A DNA stretch of 25,279 nucleotides from Eledone cirrhosa (Eukaryota), in NCBI GenBank assembly GCA_964016885.1, contig CAXHJY010000819.1, positions 1 through 25,279 of the forward strand. Direction: 5' to 3'. The stretch's first letter is position 1, and the number at the start of each line of letters is the position of its first letter. Positions 13,770-25,279 of the stretch are shown here, one piece after another. Made by a program: the position numbers and the translations under genes. The notes beneath the pieces were generated by a model. That model was not told the DNA's origin. It did no database searches and was given only the letters and a program-made list of their open reading frames with translations.

Positions 13770-13915
13770 AATAGAACACTGGTGGGTTATATCCATAGTA
13801 GTATAGTACTCAGTCCATGGGACGAGTTTGGTAGAAGTAGTTCCACAACAGTTAATTCACCATACCGAGAACAATTGTTTCACCTGAGTAGTCGGATCTT
13901 CAGCTCGACTCCATC
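13770..13915 (-). mobile_element. Family E PLE-like 3' end
   Basis: Hammerhead followed by ~95 nt containing tGAGTACtatactactatgg, then (TA)n. Confidence 0.6.
13866..13907 (-). ncRNA. Minimal type I hammerhead ribozyme motif
   Basis: CGAG CTGAAGA tccgactactcaggt GAA ACAATTGT T CTCG. Helix I CGAG/CTCG, palindromic helix III ACAATTGT. Confidence 0.75.
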
Positions 13916-14031
13916 GTCACATGACTGTCTTCCTGGCTGTATAAGTGTCTGTCTGCCTGGCTGTATATCTACATGTCTCTATCAGGCAGGCTGGTTAGTT
14001 TCCTGGCCGCGCCGCTGTATATTAAGAATTA

Positions 14032-14061
14032 ATAGGTGACGTACCCAGCTTTGCACGGGTA
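14032..14061 (-). mobile_element. Possible degenerate Helitron 3' terminus
   Basis: Minus strand: hairpin tacccgtgc-aaa-gctgggta, 6 nt, then CTAT|T (canonical CTRR|T). Confidence 0.3.
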
Positions 14062-14430
14062 AACAGATGGTAAGGGAAGACAGATAAAAGAGAAAATGAC
14101 TGTATTGGATATTTGTCTGGTTACAGTATGAGGTGAGTCCGTGGCGTCTGTGTGATACAATAATAAGAATTATAAATATATATATATATATACATTCATT
14201 TAATTTATTAATTTATTGATATTTTATTTGAGTGACCCCAATCTTCCTGGTCGTTCTTTTTCGGCTGCACGGGTGATTTTAGGCATGATCTCTATGTGTT
14301 GGTAATTTAACGATGGTTATAGCTCTGATTTATCCAAATTATTGAGCCCTCTGCCACACATGTCGGATATTGTTTATCGTGATTTCGTGGGCTGATATTC
14401 CAATTCTCGATTATTCTACTATATATATAT

Positions 14431-14748
14431 GTAGAAGTTCTATTTAAATTGTTGGGATACAACAAGCAAATATTTTTATAACTGATATAAAGCACTCGAC
14501 AAATTATTGGAGTAAAAATACGATATATTAACAAATGGAAACTATATTTATAAAACCATATTTATTTCATTATGCATATTTCAAGGACACCAAGTTAAAT
14601 TATGGTGTGCTTTCATCAGATAAAATATATATATATACTATCCGGGAGCTTCCAACAGAAATGGTCGCATTATTTAAGGGTATGTCAATTTTTATTTATA
14701 AAACTGCTCTATATTATATTTTATCTGATGAAAGCACACCATAATTTA
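14431..14748 (-). mobile_element. Family A element: full minus copy (hammerhead core 14579-14619) plus inverted partial copy truncated in the helix II loop
   Basis: taaattatggtgtgctttcatcagataaaatata is mirrored by tatattttatctgatgaaagcacaccataattta (ends 14748). Confidence 0.75.
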
Positions 14749-14809
14749 CATAGAAACACAGACGCTTAAATATATTTTCCGTGGTGTTTTCAATCATACC
14801 TTCTCTCTC

Positions 14810-14898
<89 letters not shown>

Positions 14899-15070
14899 TT
14901 CATTGTTTGAACGACTCTCTCTCAGTCTTTCTACATCCCTAGCTGCCTGTCTGTATGTCTCTCTCCCTCAACCTGTCTGCCTGTATGACTGTGTAACTGT
15001 TCATCAAAGTTAATCATCGCACGAAATATATCCCCCTGTTTTATCAACACACACACATAAATAAACACAG

Positions 15071-15102
<32 letters not shown>

Positions 15103-15185
15103 TTATATATATATACACACGTACCAAACCACTATTTCTTTCTGCCATACAGTTTATACATATATATAGTTAACATGAATATATG

Positions 15186-15281
<96 letters not shown>

Positions 15282-15400
15282 GCATATATATATATAGCCA
15301 TCCATTTCAATACCTCTTATACATATATATTAGCTATGAAATGATGAATTGATGTATTACATATATATATATACATACATATATATATATATATATATAC

Positions 15401-15531
<131 letters not shown>

Positions 15532-15582
15532 CACGTGATTATACGGCCATTATTCACTCCCTTCATGTATACATACATACAG

Positions 15583-15631
<49 letters not shown>

Positions 15632-16056
15632 CTCTCTCTCTCACGCACACACACACACACATACACACACACACATACACACATACACACACACACATCC
15701 ACACACAGATAGACACACACATCACGCAATCTCTCACCCTCATACACAACTCTGAGATCGTTCATAAGGCTGGATGGGCTAATGAACGCCATGATGCGGA
15801 GTCTAAAATCTCTTTATCGCTTCAATGTCGGGCGGACCAAGTAAGCGTCATATCCGGTAGTTTGTGCGCATGACTGCGCTAATCATTAGACGCCTGAATA
15901 GATGAATGGCCGATTGTCGGATGCTGTTTTAAACATGGCGTCCATCCCAACAATCTTCTCCTTCTGACATGTGAACGTGTTCCAGCCCAGAATTGATGGT
16001 GAAAATATTACTAGAATTAGCACTGTTGCATGTTTCGAGAACGGCTATAGGACCTG

Positions 16057-17995
16057 ATGTTGGTGTTGTTGGTGTTGTTGTTGATGATGATGGTGGTGGT
16101 GGTGGTGGTGGTGTTGGTGGTGGTGTTGGTTGTGGTTGTGTTGGTGTTGGTGGTGGTGTTGGTGTTGGTGGTTGTGTTGGTTGTGTTGGTGTTGGTCTTG
16201 GTGTTGGTGGTGGTGTTGGTGGTGGTGTTGGTTGTGTTGGTGTTGGTCTTGGTGTTGGTGGTGGTGTTGGTGGTGGTGTTGGTTGTGTTGGTGTTGGTGT
16301 TGGTGGTGGTGTTGGTTGTGTTGGTGTTGGTGTTGGTGTTGGTGGTGGTGGTGTTGGTTGTGGTTGTGTTGGTGTTGGTTGTGTTGGTGTTGGTTGTGGT
16401 TGTGTTGGTGTTGGTGGTGGTGTTGGTGTTGGTGGTTGTGTTGGTTGTGTTGGTGTTGGTCTTGGTGTTGGTGGTGGTGTTGGTTGTGGTTGTGTTGGTT
16501 GTGTTGGTGTTGGTCTTGGTGTTGGTGGTGGTGTTGGTGGTGGTGTTGGTTGTGTTGGTGTTGGTGTTGGTGGTGGTGTTGGTGTGTTGGTGTTGGTGTT
16601 GGTGGTGGTGGTGTTGGTTGTGGTTGTGTTGGTGTTGGTTGTGTTGGTGTTGGTTGTGTTGGTGTTGGTTGTGGTTGTGTTGGTGTTGGTGGTTGTGTTG
16701 GTTGTGTTGGTCTTGGTGTTGGTGGTGGTGTTGGTTGTGGTTGTGTTGGTTGTGTTGGTGTTGGTTGTGTTGGTGTTGGTGTTGGTGGTGGTGGTGTTTG
16801 GTTGTGGTTGTGTTGGTGTTGGTGGTGTTGTTTGTGGTTGTGTTGGTGGTGGTGTTAGTAGTGGTGGTGTTGGTTGTGGTTGTGGTGGTATTAGTATTGG
16901 TGGTGTTGGTTGTGTTGGTGTTGGAAGTGTTGGTGGTGGTCGTGGTGTTAGTAGTGGTGGTGTTGGTTGTGGTTGTGTTGGTGTTGGTGGTGGTGTTAGT
17001 AGTGGTGGTGTTGGTGGTGTTGGTTGTGGTTGGTGTTGGTGGTGGTGGTTTGGTTGTGGTTGTGTTGGTGTTGGTGTTGGTGGTGGTGTTAGTAGTGTTG
17101 GTGTTGGTGTAGGGTGGCGGTGTTAGTAGTGGTGGTGGTGTTGGTTGTGGTTGTATTGGTTGTGTTGGTGGTGGTGTTAGTAGTGGTGGTGTTGGTTGTG
17201 GTTGTGTTGGTGTTGGTGTTGGTTGTGGTTGTGTTGGTGTTGGTGGTGGTGTTAGTAGTGGTGGTGTTGGTGTTGGTGGTGGGTGTTGGTGTTGGTGGTG
17301 GTGTTGGTTGGTGGTAGTATTGGTTGTGTTGGTGGCGGTGTTAGTAGTGGTGGTGTTGGTTGTGGTTGTGTTGGTGTTGGTGTTGGTTGTGGTTGTGTTG
17401 GTGTTGGTGGTGGTGTTAGTAGTGGTGGTGTTGGTTGTGTTGGTGTTGGTGTTGGTGGTGGTGTTGGTGTTGGTGGTGGTGTTGGTTGTGGTTGTATTGG
17501 TTGTGTTGGTGGTGGTGTTAATAGTGGTGGTGTTGGTTGTGGTTGTGTTGGTGTTGGTGTTGGTTGTGGTTGTGTTCGTGTTGGTGGTGGTGTTAGTAGT
17601 GGTGGTGTTGGTTGTGTTGGTGTTGGTGTTGGTGGTGGTGTTAGTAGTGGTGGTGTTGGTGGTGTTGGTTGTGTTGCTTGTGGTTGGTGTTGGTGTTGGT
17701 GGTGGTGTTAGTTGTGGTTGTGTTGGTGTTGATGGTGGTGTTAGTAGTGGTGGTGTTGGTGATGGTGGTGTTGTTTGTGGTTGTGTTGGTGGTGGTGTTA
17801 GTAGTGGTGGTGTTGTTGGGTGGTGTTTGTTGTGGCTGTGTTGGTGTTGGTTGTAGTTGTGTTGGTGTTGGTGGTAGTGTTAGTATTTGATGGTGTTAGT
17901 GGTAGTGGTGTTGGTGTTGTTGATGTTGTTGGTGGTGGTGGTGTTTCTGCTGGTGTTGATATTGTTGTTGTTATTGATAGTTGCTGGTGTTGTTA
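16057..17995. repeat. ~1.9 kb G/T-rich compound triplet satellite (GGT/GTT/TGT, later AGT)
   Basis: Direct inspection; almost no C or A on the plus strand. Confidence 0.95.
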
Positions 17996-18044
17996 TTGTA
18001 GATCTTGTTTTTGTTTTTATATGTCTTAACTCCAGACACACAGA

Positions 18045-18176
<132 letters not shown>

Positions 18177-18497
18177 ACACACACATATATACACACAAAC
18201 ACACACCATATATACATATATGCCTCTATGTGTGTGTGTGTTTTTTTCTAGCTCTGAAGAAATCATTACTATAATATAATAAAGACCTCTATAGTCTACT
18301 TACGTATTAAGTCCTTTTGTTACCACACAGCACCCGATATATAACGAGATTCCACCAAATATATACATTTGTATGTGTGTGCGAGTGTGTGTGTGTGTGC
18401 GTGCGTGTATGCGTTTGTATAATTACAGGAGGCCAAATATATTGAATTTCCTTAAATATTTACTTCTGCAAACACTATGCACATTTCAGTACCCATG

Positions 18498-18593
18498 TTG
18501 CGTGACATCATCAGGTGTACATTGCGTAATAGCTGTGATATCATCAGGTGTAGATTGCGTGACATATTCAGGTGTACATTGCGTAATAGTTGT
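18498..18593. repeat. Short 57-bp (24+33) tandem duplication
   Basis: ttgcgtgacatcatcaggtgtaca / ttgcgtaatagctgtgatatcatcaggtgtaga repeated about 1.7 times. Confidence 0.8.
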
Positions 18594-18692
18594 ATACCAA
18601 GGGAAAGAAGGTAAACTCTAAGGAAACTTGTAAAGAAAAAAGTGTGTGTTTAGGATTTTGACCCAGAGACGAACGAAGCAGCATGTTGTTAC

Positions 18693-18748
<56 letters not shown>

Positions 18749-18769
18749 TGGCAACGTTCCTGAATCTTT

Positions 18770-18915
18770 CTGATTCTTCTTTAGTTTCTCATTCTCTTTC
18801 CTGATGAGGTGCCGAAACCTTAAAACTATTTTCCTACTATATCAAGTGTAAAATTAATACATTTCTTCATTGTACTGTGTCGTTGGCTTTGTATTTCTGT
18901 TTGCGTTTTGCATAC
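18770..18915 (+). mobile_element. Diverged family D-related 3' end with ultra-short hammerhead core
   Basis: tttctcattctctttc CTGATGA ggtgcc GAAAC ctta, followed by ctatatcaag...tgtac...tatttctgttt as in 9890-10020. Confidence 0.6.
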
Positions 18916-19006
<91 letters not shown>

Positions 19007-19008
19007 AG

Positions 19009-19223
<215 letters not shown>

Positions 19224-19376
19224 GTATGTATATATATATATATATTTATATATATTTAGGGAGTGTAACGTTAAGTGACCGTAGATTCACCCCGGTGTGC
19301 ATTCGATGTTTAGATACACGTCTGTGAATATATGTATATATATGTATGTATATCTATATATCTACACATATACATG

Positions 19377-20488
<1,112 letters not shown>

Positions 20489-20697
20489 GGAGTATATTTA
20501 CGATATTAAATACTGCCAATTCAACTTTTCAAATACAAGTCGATGTTATACGGTATGTCAAATTTATTTATCTATAAAACTGTTTATATTGTATTTTGTC
20601 TGAGGAAGGCATAGCATATTGTTAATATGATATCCCTGAAATATATATAGTGAAATAGATATGGTTTTATAAATATAGTTTCCATTTATTTAATATC

Positions 20698-20790
<93 letters not shown>

Positions 20791-21016
20791 CATTTATAAA
20801 CGCAGATGAGAAGAAATAAAATAGGTATGAATGATAAGGAAATACATTTATGAAAATATTCATAGACACACACACACTCACACACACACACATATATATA
20901 TGTATATATATATAGGAATATTTACATAAATGTATATATATACACACATATGTACATATATATATATAAATATATACACACACATATATACATATAAATA
21001 TATATACGTGTGTGTA

Positions 21017-21060
<44 letters not shown>

Positions 21061-21382
21061 CACATACATTCATATATATAGGTAGATATAGATATAGGGA
21101 GATAGATAAATAGACACCTTCGTTTGACAATGGACGATCCTTTATACCTACTAATGAGATATCACACCACATCAATCTCTCTACGCCTACCCTGCTACAA
21201 CCTTAATATGTCTGCATACTCTATATAACGCCATGCTTTTTCCTTCAGTTTCCGAGGTTGTTCAGAGCAAAACCTCAAATGCTTTGACAAGATGGCGTTT
21301 ATTTTTTCCGTCATCTTATGTGTTGCTACGCTTGTCTTCAAATATGTTTTCTTATATATATATATATATGAATATGTATATA

Positions 21383-21467
<85 letters not shown>

Positions 21468-21535
21468 GTATATATATATACATATGTATGTATATATATA
21501 TATATATAGACATATGTATATATATATATATACAC

Positions 21536-21637
<102 letters not shown>

Positions 21638-22068
21638 GAGTATATATATATACATGTATAAATATTGTTGTACACGTATATGTATCTATGTATGTATATA
21701 TGTATGCACACACACGTACGTACACACATACACACATACATGTACATATATATATGATATTTTTTATAGAAAAATATGTTTCCTAATATTTCTTTAGTAG
21801 TATGCTCATCTATTCGATATTGTGACAGTTCTGTACCGATCTCTCTACAATATGCTATCGAATGGTAAACTTTGGAAATGAAACGATTTATTTATTCATT
21901 GATTTTTTTTTATTTACTTGTTTATTTATTTGTTTGTTTGTTTGTGTGTTTGTTTGTTTGTTTGTTTGTTTGGTTGTTTGTTTTATCTTTGAATTTGGCT
22001 TTTATTCTCCTACTCTCAGAAGAAATATATCTTTTTAATGTATTATTTCAATATATATACTTGTATAT

Positions 22069-22775
<707 letters not shown>

Positions 22776-23344
22776 AACGGCGATGAATAAGTTTTGCGAG
22801 GTTTTTTATATGAAATCGTGTGTCGAAACAAATATGGTTATACTTGGGGAGGGTCATATTTGTGTAATATTGCCAGAATTAATAACAGAACACACTCACT
22901 GTTTGGTTGGTTTTCGCTTTTCGCTTCTGTGTCTTTTATATCGGTAATCTAATTTATTCGGTCCTCAATGTTGCCATTGACTGACCGACGGTCAAAAATA
23001 ATACACATACAATATAGACACAAACACATATATATAGTTTATCAAAGTTCTTTCGTTGCACATCTGCAACACCGTCAGTGGTGCTATTGTTTCCCCCGTT
23101 ACATTGTATGTCTACGCCATTTTTATTTAGTCTGTCTATATATTTATTTATCTATTTGTTTGTTTGTTCATTTTATGTTGTCCTCTTTGCGCATGCGTTT
23201 GCGTGTGTGTATAGTGTTTTGTTTGATGTGTGTTCGTGATTGGGTGACTAGTGTGTGTTTATATGTGTTTTTGTTGTTATTGTGCTTGTGTATGTATTTA
23301 TTTATTTATTTATCTATTTATTTATTTATTTATTTATTTATTTT

Positions 23345-23987
23345 TTAGACTTCTCTTAGGTCAGTGTTGTTTGTTTGGGTGTTGTTGCTATTCCATTCAT
23401 TCATTCTGTTTAGTCTTGGCCTTCTAATTTCTATTTCACTGGCCTCTCTGATTTGCCTATCTGCTGGGTCATTTCTATGTTTAGATATTATTCTAATTTC
23501 TATGTTGTCTATGTTACCGTCGTGTTGTTGTCTGGCATGTTCGTATAGAATTGACACGTTTTTTCGTTCTTTTAGTTACCCCAAGTGTTGGTCTATCCTT
23601 TCACCTATGCTTCGAGCTGTCTCGCCTATGTATGTTGTTGTCATATTTCTGCAAGTACCCTCAGTACATCTTATGCTATAGACTACGTTTCTAGTTTACA
23701 GTTTTACAGTTTATCCGGGGGTTTACCTTACATATGATAGATATCCTATTAGTACAGTGGGTTTTCTTAAAAGGGTAGGTTTTGCTGATCAGGGATTTTA
23801 TGGTGGTTCTTGGCTTTTCTACCACCTTAATCTTTAAGTGGGTCTTTCTCAGGGCCTTTCTACACTGGTTAGCATAATTTCCCTCCAGGGGTAGCGTCCA
23901 CAAACATGAAACTTTGGTATCTCTGGTTGTCGTACTATGAGGTGGCTTTCCCTATCTTACGTCTAGCCCTATCTAAGCTATTCCATG
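23345..23987 (-). pseudogene. Decayed Penelope-like element ORF fragment: post-RT linker + GIY-YIG endonuclease
   Basis: Frameshift-corrected translation: TS*YDNQRYQSFMFVDATPGGKL/ANQCRKALRKTHLKIKVVEKPRTTIKSLISKTYPFKKTHC..IC..NCK/TRNVVYSIRCTEGTCRNMTTTYIGETARSIGERIDQHLG*LKERKNVSILYEHARQQH...DPADRQIREASEIEIRRPRLNRMNEW. Has VVY/YIG, catalytic R, E and N; two frameshifts and two stops. Confidence 0.9.
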
Positions 23988-24103
23988 ACGGCTTGAGCTC
24001 TGCCGTCGGGGTTAAACAATTTCCTATTACCCATTATACTACCCTAAGTATTGAGTACTCTGGTGTGTTATGGTCCATATGGTTCATTACCACACTTCCT
24101 TCG

Positions 24104-24107
<4 letters not shown>
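23987..24107 (+). mobile_element. Family B 3' end starting with a 21-bp hairpin, inverted relative to the adjacent GIY-YIG fragment
   Basis: gacggc-ttgagctct-gccgtc followed by sequence matching the reverse complement of 9267-9377. Confidence 0.75.
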
Positions 24108-24164
<57 letters not shown>

Positions 24165-24466
24165 TATATACATACATATATATATATACATATACATATA
24201 TATAATATATATATATGTATGTATATATATGTATATATATATATAAATATGTATATGTATATATATATATATGTATATATGTATATATATAAATATATAT
24301 GTACATATATATATGTATATATATATAATATATATATATATGTATATATATGTATATATATATAAATATATATATGTATATATGTAAACATATATAAATA
24401 CATCATATACATAATATACATATATATACACACATATATATATTCATATATATATATCTACACACG

Positions 24467-24516
<50 letters not shown>

Positions 24517-24588
24517 GTGTGTGTATGTATAGTGAACCCAGGTTAACTTCACTTTACACTCCTTGGAGATATATATACACATATATAT

Positions 24589-24732
<144 letters not shown>

Positions 24733-24960
24733 TAGTGTGTTTGCATTAAGGCTTCTAATCCTTGCAGCTCAGTTTGTACAAACTAATCTTTTACCTTGTA
24801 GAGTGTGTGTGTGTGTGTGGGGGGGGGGGGGTACGATTATATCCTGACGTTCCTCATATTCTACATCAATTGCTCCATCTCTCTCTCTCTATATATATAT
24901 ATTAAATAGTCCCTCTTCCTCTCCTTGCTGTTGTTGATGATGATAATGATGATGATGTAA

Positions 24961-25247
24961 TTCTTCTCCTTCTTCTTCTTTGTCTTCTTCTTCTTCTTTG
25001 CCTTCTTCTTCGCCTTCTTCTTTGCCTTCTTCTTCTTCTTCTTCTTCTTCTTCTTCTTCTTCTTCTTCTTCTTCTTCTTCTTCTTCTTTGCCTTCTTCTT
25101 TGCCTTCTTCTTCTTCTTCTTTGCCTTCTTCTTCTTTGCCTTCTTCTTCTTTGCCTTCTTCTTCTTCTTTGCCTTCTTCTTCTTCTTCTTCTTCTTCTTC
25201 TTCTTCTTCTTTTTCTTCTTCTTCTTTGCCTTCTTCTTCTTCTTCTT

Positions 25248-25278
<31 letters not shown>

Positions 25279-25279
25279 T
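24961..25279. repeat. (CTT)n with CTTTGC variants, runs off the window end
   Basis: Direct inspection. Confidence 0.97.

Noticed and set aside
15993-17890. Gly/Val/Cys-rich structural-protein-like ORFs
   Set aside because: G/T-only repeat lacks stops in all frames and shifts phase repeatedly.
18505-18548. CTGATGA twice on the minus strand
   Set aside because: No matching helix II and GAAA; part of a small tandem repeat.

Overview
Non-genic, microsatellite-saturated eukaryotic DNA. It is probably animal; the repeat style and tRNA-derived SINEs resemble octopus/cephalopod genomes, but that is an inference. No intact host gene is supported, and nearly all ORFs in the track are artefacts of (TA)n, (CA)n, (CT)n, (ACT)n and (GGT/GTT)n repeats. 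Between the microsatellites lie short fragments of at least five sequence families (labelled A-E here) that look like 3' ends (pLTRs) of Penelope-like elements (PLEs). Many carry minimal hammerhead-ribozyme cores (CUGANGA...GAAA) and many form fold-back palindromes. One decayed PLE linker + GIY-YIG endonuclease fragment lies at 23345-23987 (-). Also present: two copies of a tRNA-derived SINE, an L1/Tx1-like ORF2 3' end amplified into a 144-147 bp tandem array, two minisatellites, an unassigned 365-bp fold-back element and a ~1.06 kb palindrome spanning a TA array. The most notable signals are the family A hammerhead with covarying helix II and an invariant C-C mismatch, the recurrent hairpin-capped ends, and a GAGTAC motif shared near the 3' ends of otherwise dissimilar families.
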